A DNA stretch of 64,000 bases from contig JAAYIC010000077.1 in NCBI GenBank assembly GCA_012735195.1, positions 10,471-74,470 on the forward strand. Direction: 5' to 3'. Below the pieces are notes generated by a model. It did not search any database. It was not told where the DNA came from and was given only the letters and a program-made list of their open reading frames with translations. The position numbers and the translations under genes are program-made. This DNA is from Bacillota bacterium (GTDB lineage Bacteria; Bacillota; UBA4882; UBA10575). Below are positions 45,580 to 54,444 of this stretch, piece after piece; position 1 is the first letter of the stretch; every line of letters starts with the position of its first letter.

Positions 45580-46125
45580 TTACTGTGAAGTGACAGTTGC
45601 GGTAATGCTTCCCCGGTACTCGCCCGCCGGTTGTTCCGAAACTTCATCTATGGCGACTCCCCCGTAAATTTTGAAACGTTGTGTATCACCATTCAACGGT
45701 AACACCAGGGGAGGACCACCCGGACGAAAACTCCAAGCTTCCCTCTCCGGCCAATCTACCCAATAAACCACGTTTAACTCGGCTTTCTTACCGCGGGTCC
45801 GGGAATAAAGGGGGGCGGCAGAAAATTTTACCAAGGCCGGGCCTCTCACCTGGACATAACAATGCCCGGGTCTTTTTTCACGGTAAAAACCCTTTGCCCC
45901 GTTGATTTCAAACCGGGGCGCGGCGACCAGAACGGAAACGTATGCCTCAGCAGGCTCTGTCACGACTTTTTTGACCTTAAAAGCCGCTTCACATGCGCCC
46001 GTACGCGCAACCCACTGCCCGCCGGTGCATTCCTGGATTTGGAAGATTATCACCGGTAGCATCAAGACCGCTGTGAAGATAAGAAGCCGGATTAGCCGCA
46101 CCCACGCACTTAACCCTGTAACCAC
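45580..46125 (-). CDS. Small secreted beta-rich pilin-like protein (181 aa)
   Basis: GTG start 10 nt after AAGGGGG. N-terminal hydrophobic segment. C-terminus ...VSEQPAGEYRGSITATVTSQ has the same terminal-strand pattern as the 171-aa neighbour. Confidence 0.5.
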   Translation of the reverse strand: MVTGLSAWVRLIRLLIFTAVLMLPVIIFQIQECTGGQWVARTGACEAAFKVKKVVTEPAEAYVSVLVAAPRFEINGAKGFYREKRPGHCYVQVRGPALVKFSAAPLYSRTRGKKAELNVVYWVDWPEREAWSFRPGGPPLVLPLNGDTQRFKIYGGVAIDEVSEQPAGEYRGSITATVTSQ

Positions 46126-46230
46126 CTGGGATATGCCCCCTTGTCCGCCCGCTTGGAAATGATTCCAAAGTAATATATGAATGGAATAGAAAAATATGAC
46201 ACTCTAAAAATTTTTTCTCCAGTTTTTGGG

Positions 46231-46260
46231 AAAAGAAAAAACCGCAAAAATTGCGGTTTT
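46231..46260 (-). terminator. Rho-independent terminator downstream of the prepilin peptidase gene
   Basis: Minus strand: aaaaccgcaa-ttt-ttgcggtttt followed by a tttctttt T-tract. It separates the peptidase gene from the five-gene locus. Confidence 0.7.
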
Positions 46261-46367
46261 CAAGAGATATTTTAGGTATAGCTTTATGTAACCCGGTTAC
46301 AGATGTCTTGCCTTTTCTGTCGAACGCAAGGCTTTTTCATTCAGGCAAAAAACGCCGGTTTAACCAC

Positions 46368-47150
46368 TTAATGGACGAGGGGAAAGAAAAGTCCCGGCAA
46401 ATCCGGGAAGTAAAGGATAATAAAGGCGGCAACAGCCAAAAATGTCCCGAAGGGGATCGGGTCTTTACGCGTCATTTTTTTCGTCGCGATCAGCACCAGG
46501 GCAACGGCGGTCGCCAAGAGGCTGGCGAGAAAGAGGACGAAAAAGATCCGTTGCCAACCCAAATATACCCCGATCATAGCGAGGAGTTTCACGTCACCCA
46601 TTCCCATCCCTTTGGGGTAGCACAAGGCGATCAGGAAGAGAACCCCACCGCCAAGGACTCCGCCGATGAGCGCGGTGGGCAACTCCCCTTTCCATCCCAT
46701 AAAAACCAGTCCCGCCAGGAGAAAAGGAATGGTCAGGCGGTTTGGGATGATTTTATGTTCCAAGTCAATAAAAGCCACCCCAATCAAGGCGTAGGTCAGG
46801 ACTAAATATATAAATTTCCCGGTAGTCCCGGAGAATTTCATCCCCCATAAAACCGTCACCACCCCGCCCAGGAATTCGACGAACGGATAACGGAGGCTGA
46901 TCGCACGCCTGCAGTGGCGGCATTTCCCCCGTAGCCAAAGAAAACTGAAAAGGGGGATCAGCTCCACCGCGCTCAGCCGGCGCCCGCAAGAGGGGCAACG
47001 GGAACGGGAGAACCCCATTTTTTCGCCGCGCGGCAGACGGTAAATGAGGACATTGAGGAAACTCCCTACCGCCAGGCCGCAAAGGAATAAGAATAAATGG
47101 TTGATAACGGACGGACGGAATAGATCCAAGTAATTGGTCTCTGCAATCAT
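46368..47150 (-). CDS. Prepilin (type IV leader) peptidase, A24 family
   Basis: True start MIAETNYLDLF... N-terminal Zn-finger CPSCGRRL...CRHCRR, GMGMGDVKLL and polytopic A24 body. The 138 upstream codons of the track ORF are Pro/Arg-rich nonsense. Confidence 0.85.
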   Translation of the reverse strand: MIAETNYLDLFRPSVINHLFLFLCGLAVGSFLNVLIYRLPRGEKMGFSRSRCPSCGRRLSAVELIPLFSFLWLRGKCRHCRRAISLRYPFVEFLGGVVTVLWGMKFSGTTGKFIYLVLTYALIGVAFIDLEHKIIPNRLTIPFLLAGLVFMGWKGELPTALIGGVLGGGVLFLIALCYPKGMGMGDVKLLAMIGVYLGWQRIFFVLFLASLLATAVALVLIATKKMTRKDPIPFGTFLAVAAFIILYFPDLPGLFFPLVH

Positions 47151-47353
47151 AATGTAGGTAATTTCTCTATGCTTTCCCCTTTTCCTTCTAAATTTTTCCG
47201 CACCACCAGGTCCTGGGCCCCGGTGGTAAGGGTATGCAGACACGGGTACGGAGATGAGCACGCCCACGCCCATGAATTTACCGGGAGCAGCAGGTATTTT
47301 ACCTGCTGTGGGGAGCAACAATATGATAGGAAAAGAGGGGGGAGGCAGGCCGG

Positions 47354-49282
47354 ATGATCCATTATGACGATGCCGCACTGGGCGCCCTTTATAGTAAAGA
47401 TCGGACAATTTTCCGGGTCTGGGCGCCCGGGGCACTCCGGATGCAGCTAAAGACTTATCCCAGTGGGCACGAGGGCGAGGCCACGGTCTATGAGATGTAC
47501 AAGGATCCCAACGGGTTCTGGGTACAGATCCTCGAAGGCGACCGGCACGGGCTCTATTATACATATGAAGTCACCCACTACCACGGGGTCTTTGAGGTGG
47601 TGGACCCCTACGCAAAAGCCCTTGGCGTTAACGGCAACCGCGGTATGGTGGTTGATCTTGCCCGGACAAACCCGGAAGGGTGGGATGATTTTCCAAAGCC
47701 AACACTGAAAAGCTTCACTGACGCCATCATCTATGAGGTCCATATCCGCGATTTTTCAATCCATGAAGATTCCGGGGTTAAGCATAAGGGCAAATATCTG
47801 GGGGTGGTCGAGGCGGAGACCCGCGGTCCCCAAATGGTCAAAACCGGCCTGAGCCATCTGGTGGAATTGGGCATCACCCACCTGCATCTCCTGCCGGTGC
47901 AGGATTATTATACAGTTGATGAGAGTAAACTCTCGGAGCCCCAATACAACTGGGGTTACGACCCAAAGAACTATAATGCGCCCGAAGGCTCATATGCCAC
48001 CGACCCGTATAACGGAGAAACCAGAATCCGCGAGTTTAAAACGATGGTCATGGGTTTAAACCGGGCCGGGATTGGCGTCATCCTGGATGTGGTCTATAAC
48101 CATACCTACCGGTCGGAAGATTCCAACTTAAACCGGCTCGTCCCCGGCTACTACTATCGGTTACACCCGGACGGGTCTTTTGCCAACGGCTCCGGCTGCG
48201 GTAATGAAACAGCCTCCGAACGTTTTATGGTGCGGAAATTCATTATTGATTCGGTGGGCTACTGGGCGACCGAATACAAGGTTGACGGGTTTCGCTTTGA
48301 TCTGATGGCCCTGCACGATCTGGAGACCATGAACCAAATCCGGCAAGCCCTGGACCGGGTCCGCCCGGGAATTCTTCTTTATGGCGAAGGCTGGACCGGC
48401 GGGCCGTCGCTGCTGCCTGCAAAAAAAGCGGCGCTGAAGAAGAATATCCCCCGGATGCCCGGGATTGCCGCTTTTAATGACGATTTCCGGGACGGACTGA
48501 AAGGGCCTATTTTTCATGACCGGGCGCCGGGCTTCACCGGCGGCGCTTATGAGTATAAGGAGAATGTCAAGTTCGGTATAACCGGCGCCACCTATCATCC
48601 GGGTGTTGACTATGAGCGAATGAACCCCCCCGGTAAACCCTGGGCCACCCGGCCCTGCCAATGTGTAAACTATGTCGAGGCCCATGATAACATGACCCTG
48701 TGGGACAGGTTGCTCTGTACCCATGGCCACGAAAACGAGCAAGAGCGGATAAAAATCCACCTGTTATGCGCAGCTTTAGTCCTGACCTCCCAGGGTATCC
48801 CTTTTCTCCATGCCGGCCAGGATTTTTTACGGACAAAATACGGTGACCATAACAGTTACAGTTCCCCGGACCATATCAACCGTTTGGACTGGTCGCGAAA
48901 AGCCGCTTATCTGGAGGTTTTCCGCTATTACCAGGGTCTGATCGCCCTGCGCCGGGCCCACCCGGCTTTCCGGATGGTTTCCGCCACGCAGGTCCAAAAA
49001 TACCTACAATTTTTGGACCTCCCGCCCGAAGGAATCGGTTATCTCCTGATCGGGCATGCAAACCAAGACCCATGGGAGACGATTGCCGTTTTGTTCAACG
49101 CCGGCCAAAAAAAGCTGGAGGTCACTCTCCCCGGTGATGAATGGGTGGCCGTTGTTGACGGTAATCAAGCCGGAACCAAGGAGATCAGGCGGATCCATGG
49201 ACGAACATCCCTGGTTCAGCCCCGCTCAGCCCAGATCCTGGTGGATGGAAAAAGTTATGACCGCTCGCTTGCTGCGGGGTAA
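47354..49282 (+). CDS. Type I pullulanase (GH13 with N-terminal CBM48-like domain)
   Basis: 642 aa. YNWGYDP, VILDVVYNHT, DGFRFDLM, YGEGW and YVEAHDN conserved GH13/pullulanase regions. Confidence 0.9.
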   Translation: MIHYDDAALGALYSKDRTIFRVWAPGALRMQLKTYPSGHEGEATVYEMYKDPNGFWVQILEGDRHGLYYTYEVTHYHGVFEVVDPYAKALGVNGNRGMVVDLARTNPEGWDDFPKPTLKSFTDAIIYEVHIRDFSIHEDSGVKHKGKYLGVVEAETRGPQMVKTGLSHLVELGITHLHLLPVQDYYTVDESKLSEPQYNWGYDPKNYNAPEGSYATDPYNGETRIREFKTMVMGLNRAGIGVILDVVYNHTYRSEDSNLNRLVPGYYYRLHPDGSFANGSGCGNETASERFMVRKFIIDSVGYWATEYKVDGFRFDLMALHDLETMNQIRQALDRVRPGILLYGEGWTGGPSLLPAKKAALKKNIPRMPGIAAFNDDFRDGLKGPIFHDRAPGFTGGAYEYKENVKFGITGATYHPGVDYERMNPPGKPWATRPCQCVNYVEAHDNMTLWDRLLCTHGHENEQERIKIHLLCAALVLTSQGIPFLHAGQDFLRTKYGDHNSYSSPDHINRLDWSRKAAYLEVFRYYQGLIALRRAHPAFRMVSATQVQKYLQFLDLPPEGIGYLLIGHANQDPWETIAVLFNAGQKKLEVTLPGDEWVAVVDGNQAGTKEIRRIHGRTSLVQPRSAQILVDGKSYDRSLAAG

Positions 49283-49343
49283 ATTCCCGTCCACAATCCT
49301 TGTCCTGCCCTTCTCATCACACGTTCAGCCGGAAAGGACAGGA

Positions 49344-49958
49344 TTAGACAAGAAAACGGAAAAAATCCCGCAGGAATCTGCTGAAAGTTTTGTATTGAAT
49401 GGTCTTTAGGCCTACTTTCCGCGCTGCTTCGATATTTGCTGTCATATCATCAATGAAGAGGGTTTCTTCCGCTTCAACCCCCAATTCCTGAAGACTGCGG
49501 TAGAAGACGGCCGGGTCCGGCTTGGCCTTTTTAATATCGCAGGAAAAAATCTGGCTGTCAAAGAGGTTCCCATGTAACCAGGGGAACTTCCTCCTCATCT
49601 CCTTTAGGATATCAGTTGGCATATTGGAGAGAAGACCCACCTTGAACCCGAGAGCTTTCAAGAGTTTGACAAAGGCCAGCATTCGCCGGTTCAGCACCGT
49701 CCAGCTCCTGGTGTCATGGTACAACAATTGGCGCAGTAAATCTTCATGCCAAACCGCCCCGCAATCTGAAAAGACCTTCCGCCAGTATTCTTCCGTTGTG
49801 AGAACCGTATCGTATTCCAGCCGGTACCGCCAGTAGGCCTCCTGGAAACGTTCCCGGTCGACCGCAGCCAGCTCTTCCATGGCTCTGATCTCCTTCTTTG
49901 GCTGCGGAGCACTGATGACGGCGCCATAATCAAAGATAATCGCCTTAATCCTTCCCAT
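49344..49958 (-). CDS. HAD-superfamily hydrolase (subfamily IA-like)
   Basis: AIIFDYGAVIS motif I, LLSN motif II, FIDD motif IV. Confidence 0.7.
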   Translation of the reverse strand: MGRIKAIIFDYGAVISAPQPKKEIRAMEELAAVDRERFQEAYWRYRLEYDTVLTTEEYWRKVFSDCGAVWHEDLLRQLLYHDTRSWTVLNRRMLAFVKLLKALGFKVGLLSNMPTDILKEMRRKFPWLHGNLFDSQIFSCDIKKAKPDPAVFYRSLQELGVEAEETLFIDDMTANIEAARKVGLKTIQYKTFSRFLRDFFRFLV

Positions 49959-50368
49959 ATCATGACACTCCCATCGCAGTAATTGTTACCCTCTGTTCCA
50001 GCCGTCTTTCCGCATTATGCACATGCATGCGCTGTGGTATGCATAGCATTCGGTATACGCATACGGCATATATGCCGCTAGAATGCGTGTTTATTATATC
50101 ACAGAAAGGAAACCAACCAGGAAATTCTGGGTAAAATACACTTTACAGAGTTTTAAAACAAATAATATTTTTATTGGTTCTAAGCGCTTTATAACCAAAA
50201 TATGCCGGCAGAAAGAGAAGTTCAACGGCTTCTCTGATTTTTATCGTGCCGGGGCGACGGTTGCTTCTCCTCTGTTGCCAACCACCGGCGGGCAATGATA
50301 TAATTACTTTTATACAATAAAGACGCCGGCCGTTTAGTATAGGTCACCATTGCAGGGAGGTCTTTCCT

Positions 50369-51448
50369 TTGAAAATCGGCGTTTTAACCGGCGGCGGGGA
50401 CTGCCCGGGAATCAATGCGGTTTTGCGGGCTGTCGTCAAAACCGCTGTTAATGAATACGGATGGGAAGTTGTCGGTTTCCGGGACGGCTTCCGCGGACTG
50501 GTGCTTAATGATTTTTGCCGCCTTACGCCTGCAGATGTCATGGGAATTCTGGTCCGCGGTGGAACAATCTTGGGTTCATCCAACCGCGACAACCCCTTTC
50601 ATTTCCGTCTGGAAGAAAATGGCCGGGTACGTTATGAGGACCTCTCCGGGCAAGCCTTGCGCAACGCGGAAGAGCAAGGCCTCGCCTGTTTGCTGGTGAT
50701 CGGCGGCGACGGTACCCTCAACTGCGCCCTGGATTTTATCGAAAAAGGGCTGCGGGTGATTGGGATCCCAAAAACCATTGACAACGATCTCAGCGGCACC
50801 GATTTGACCTTCGGCTTTATGACCGCTGTCGATACTGCCACCGATGCCCTGGAAAAGCTTCATACCACCGCCGAATCCCACCACCGGATTATGGTCCTGG
50901 AAGTGATGGGCAGATACGCCGGGTGGATTGCCCTGCAGTCGGGGATCGCCGGCGGCGCCGATGTGATCCTCATCCCCGAAATCCCTTATGACCTTGCCCG
51001 GGTCGGCAGAAAGATTCAAGAACGAAAAACCAAAGAAAAAAGCTTCAGCATAATTGTGGTAGCGGAAGGCGCCCACGCCGAAGACGGGGAGATGGTTGTC
51101 CGCCGCCGCGTGGAAGGGAGCCCGGATCCGGTGCGTCTGGGCGGGATCGGCCAACGGGTCGCAACGGACCTGGAGAAATTGACAGGAAACGAGGCACGGG
51201 TGACCATCCTCGGACACCTGCAGCGAGGCGGAAAACCTTCGGCCTTCGACCGGATTCTGGCCACCAGATATGGAGTGGCCGCCGTACACCTGGCGGCAAA
51301 GGGGGAGTTCAACCGCATGGTCAGCCTGCAAGGCCAGACCATCACCTCGGTCCCTCTGGATAAAGAAGTGACCAAACTCAAGAGGGTTCCGCCCGCCGGC
51401 GAGTTGGTGCAGGCGGCCAGGAATACCGGGATTGAATTTGGCAATTGA
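50369..51448 (+). CDS. pfkA: 6-phosphofructokinase
   Basis: MKIGVLTGGGDCPGINAVLRAVV, VIGGDGTL, PKTIDNDL and MGRYAGWIAL motifs. TTG start 7 nt after GGGAGG. Confidence 0.9.
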   Translation: MKIGVLTGGGDCPGINAVLRAVVKTAVNEYGWEVVGFRDGFRGLVLNDFCRLTPADVMGILVRGGTILGSSNRDNPFHFRLEENGRVRYEDLSGQALRNAEEQGLACLLVIGGDGTLNCALDFIEKGLRVIGIPKTIDNDLSGTDLTFGFMTAVDTATDALEKLHTTAESHHRIMVLEVMGRYAGWIALQSGIAGGADVILIPEIPYDLARVGRKIQERKTKEKSFSIIVVAEGAHAEDGEMVVRRRVEGSPDPVRLGGIGQRVATDLEKLTGNEARVTILGHLQRGGKPSAFDRILATRYGVAAVHLAAKGEFNRMVSLQGQTITSVPLDKEVTKLKRVPPAGELVQAARNTGIEFGN

Positions 51449-51487
51449 GAGGCGACCGCAGGGAACAGACAGGCAACGCCGGAAGTG

Positions 51488-51530
51488 AACCACCGGGAGG
51501 AGAAAATTAACGGGTGGTGGCTCTTTTTTT
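51488..51530 (+). terminator. Probable terminator after pfk
   Basis: Imperfect hairpin (ccaccg...cgggtgg) followed by ctcttttttt. Confidence 0.5.
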
Positions 51531-51572
51531 CTTGCCTTTTTTATGTGAGAATAGAAAGCGGGAGAAGAAGCC

Positions 51573-52985
51573 ATGTTTGCAGAATGGAGGTTAAAAAAGG
51601 GCGTCCCTGCTTATCTACAGATCAAAGATTATCTTAAAGAGATGATCCTCAGAAGCGTCCTGGCGCCGGGGGTAAAACTCCCATCGACCAGGGAGTTAAG
51701 TCGGCTTGCCGGAGTCAGCCGGAACACGGTGATCCTTGCCTATCAATACTTGGAAGACGACGGACTGGTCGAAACGGTAAGAGGACAGGGGACATTTGTC
51801 ACCAAGATCACGACCGGCCGCGGCGACGGCGTCACCCTGCACTGGCCGGAACTGCTCACGGACTACGCAGCGCTGGCCACAGAACTGGACATTGAGAAGA
51901 CGGAGCCCCGTTGGAAAAAGGGGATGATCTCCTTCAAAAGCATTGCCCCTGATCCGGAACTCTTTGAGGCCGAGGAGTTCAAAAAGGCCTTTTTACGCCG
52001 TTTCGCCCTGGAAGGAAAGAAACTCCTGAATTATCTCCGTAACTACCTGAAAGGCAAAGGGGTCCCGATGGCCGGAAAGGATCTCCTGATCACCAATGGT
52101 TTTACCGAGGCGTTTGATATTACCCTGACCGCCTTGACAAGGCCGGGCGCACGGGTCATCTGCGAAAACCCGACCCACAATACGGCCATCAAAATTATGC
52201 GCCTGCACGGTCTGGAGATCGCCGGGGTGCGTATGGAAGAGGACGGAATCGACCTGAAAGAGCTGGAAAGGGTCCTCGCCGCAGGCGACGCCGCTGCGGT
52301 TTTTCTCGTCCCGTCCTACCATAACCCCACCGGGGTGGTAATGTCCCCGGAAAAGAGGATCACCCTGTTAAAACTCCTAGCTGCCCACCGGCTGCCTGTA
52401 ATCGAGGACGGTTTCAATGAAGAGTTGCGGTATTCCGGATCGCACGTTGCTCCCTTGGCCGCCCTGGCCGGCCACGGGAATAACCTGATCTACACCGGCA
52501 GTTTCTCGAAGATCCTCTTTCCGGGGCTGCGGATCGGTTGGATCCTGGCCGACCAGGAACTCATCTCTTACCTGGAGAGTATTAAACGGAGCAGAAACAT
52601 ACACACCTCCTTCCTGGACCAGGCCGTGCTCTATGAGTACCTGCAGAGCGGCCGTTTTGAGCGCTACTTGAAAAATGCCCGCCGGGTTTACCGGGAACGC
52701 CATAAAACCGCGGTCGAACTGGTAAAAAAATATATACCCGCCAAAAAGATCTGGGGCCAGGGCGGGCTCCATGTCTTCATCGAACTCCCGGAAGAGCTCA
52801 ACGCCAGGCAGGTGCTGGCGGAATCTTTGAAAAGAAATGTCATTTTTATGCCGGGAGATATCTTCTACACCGACGGCGGCGGCCACAATACCTTCCGCCT
52901 CGGGATCTCCCGGGTGAATAGGGACCAGATGGAGGAAGGGTTCAAAATCATCGGCGAAATAGTCAACAGGATGAAGGCAAAATAA
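51573..52985 (+). CDS. MocR-family transcriptional regulator (GntR HTH + PLP aminotransferase-like domain)
   Basis: N-terminal LPSTRELSRLAGVSRNTVILAYQYLEDDGLV wHTH. C-terminal fold-type I domain with SFSKILFPGLRIGW (PLP Lys). Confidence 0.85.
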   Translation: MFAEWRLKKGVPAYLQIKDYLKEMILRSVLAPGVKLPSTRELSRLAGVSRNTVILAYQYLEDDGLVETVRGQGTFVTKITTGRGDGVTLHWPELLTDYAALATELDIEKTEPRWKKGMISFKSIAPDPELFEAEEFKKAFLRRFALEGKKLLNYLRNYLKGKGVPMAGKDLLITNGFTEAFDITLTALTRPGARVICENPTHNTAIKIMRLHGLEIAGVRMEEDGIDLKELERVLAAGDAAAVFLVPSYHNPTGVVMSPEKRITLLKLLAAHRLPVIEDGFNEELRYSGSHVAPLAALAGHGNNLIYTGSFSKILFPGLRIGWILADQELISYLESIKRSRNIHTSFLDQAVLYEYLQSGRFERYLKNARRVYRERHKTAVELVKKYIPAKKIWGQGGLHVFIELPEELNARQVLAESLKRNVIFMPGDIFYTDGGGHNTFRLGISRVNRDQMEEGFKIIGEIVNRMKAK

Positions 52986-53039
52986 CTAATGGGGCCGGCG
53001 CGCCCCCCCGTGCGCGCCAAAAGAGCGGAGGTATGAAAG

Positions 53040-54275
53040 GTGAATAAATTTTTTAAAAAATCATCAAAACTGGATAATGTTTGTTATGATATCCGGGGGC
53101 CAATTATGGAAGAAGCCCAAAGGATGGAGGCGGAAGGCCATAAGATCCTGAAGCTGAATATCGGAAACCCCGCGCCGTTTGGGCTGACTGCTCCGGAGGA
53201 GGTCATCCGTGCCGTCGCCGCCAACCTGCCGCAGGCCGACGGGTATTGCGATTCAAAGGGGCTTTACCCGGCCCGCGAGGCGATCAAAAAATACGCCACA
53301 GAGAAAGGGATCCGCGGCGTTACTGTAGATGATATCTATATCGGCAACGGGGTCAGCGAGTTGATTGTCCAGGCCATGCAGGGTCTCTTGGACAATGGCG
53401 ACGAGATCTTGATCCCCGCCCCGGACTACCCGTTATGGACCGCTGCGGTCTCCCTTGCCGGTGGAACCGCCATCCATTATCTTTGTGATGAAAGCTCCGG
53501 TTGGCTCCCGGACCTTGATGATATGAAAAAGAAGATCACCGGCCGCACCAAGGGAATAGTTGTCATCAACCCCAACAACCCGACGGGCGCCCTCTATCCC
53601 CGGGAAATCCTTGAAGGGATCGTGGATCTCGCCGCTGAACACGGGTTGATCCTCTTTGCCGACGAGATCTACGACCGGATAGTTTATGACGGGGAGCGCC
53701 ATGTCGCCCTTGCCTCCCTTACGGATGACCTGTTCTGTATCACTCTGAACGGGCTCTCAAAATCCCACCGGATCGCCGGGTTCCGTGTCGGTTGGATGGT
53801 CTTGAGCGGCAATAAAAGCATAGCCGCAGACTATATTGAAGGCTTAAATATCCTTGCTTCCATGCGTCTTTGTAGTAACGTACCGGCCCAATTCGCGATC
53901 CCCGCAGCCCTCGAAGGCCACCAGAGTATAGAAGACTTGATCGCCCCCGGCGGCCGTCTCTATGAACAACGGGAATATACCTACGAAAGGCTTCTGGAGA
54001 TCCCGGGGCTCTCCTGTGTGAAACCCAAGGCCGGGCTCTATTTCTTCCCCCGTCTGGACACGGAGAGGTTCAACATCCACAACGACGAGCAGTTTGTCCT
54101 GGACTTTCTCCGCAAGGAAAAAGTTCTCCTGGTGCAGGGGACCGGTTTCAACTGGCCGCACCCCGACCATTTCCGGATCGTTTTCCTTCCCTCTTTGGAA
54201 GATCTGACCGTCGCCCTCGACAAACTTGCCCGTTTTCTCCAGGATTACCGGCAGAAATGGGAAGTGGCGGTCTAG
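53040..54275 (+). CDS. Class I/II PLP aminotransferase, AlaA/YfbQ-like
   Basis: NVCYDIRGPIMEEAQRMEAEGHKILKLNIGNPAPFG start, NPNNPTG, and LNGLSKSHRIAGFRVGW (PLP Lys). Confidence 0.85.
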   Translation: MNKFFKKSSKLDNVCYDIRGPIMEEAQRMEAEGHKILKLNIGNPAPFGLTAPEEVIRAVAANLPQADGYCDSKGLYPAREAIKKYATEKGIRGVTVDDIYIGNGVSELIVQAMQGLLDNGDEILIPAPDYPLWTAAVSLAGGTAIHYLCDESSGWLPDLDDMKKKITGRTKGIVVINPNNPTGALYPREILEGIVDLAAEHGLILFADEIYDRIVYDGERHVALASLTDDLFCITLNGLSKSHRIAGFRVGWMVLSGNKSIAADYIEGLNILASMRLCSNVPAQFAIPAALEGHQSIEDLIAPGGRLYEQREYTYERLLEIPGLSCVKPKAGLYFFPRLDTERFNIHNDEQFVLDFLRKEKVLLVQGTGFNWPHPDHFRIVFLPSLEDLTVALDKLARFLQDYRQKWEVAV

Positions 54276-54341
54276 ACCCTCTTTTCCGCCAAAAAGAAGA
54301 TTATAGGTTGGGGGTTATTCTGACGAATGCACCGGAGGCGA

Positions 54342-54389
54342 GAAGAGCAGGGCGCAAATTGTCTCCGGTGTATTTGCATCCTGCTCTTC
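54342..54389. terminator. Long hairpin between convergent genes
   Basis: gaagagcagg...cctgctcttc (10 bp) enclosing gcaaat...atttgc. Confidence 0.45.
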
Positions 54390-54444
54390 CTCCGCAACAA
54401 AGCTGTATAAGCTGTATAGGCCAAAAGAATGCCTTTGGATGGCA

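Noticed and set aside
47151-47564. 138-codon N-terminal extension of the prepilin peptidase ORF (track ORF 46368..47564)
   Set aside because: The extension is Pro/Arg/Gly-rich with no TM or family similarity, and it overlaps the divergent pullulanase start. The internal ATG at 47150 gives a canonical A24 N-terminus.
50576-51574. 332-aa minus-strand ORF
   Set aside because: It is the antisense shadow of the phosphofructokinase gene, with Gly/Pro/Arg-rich nonsense composition.
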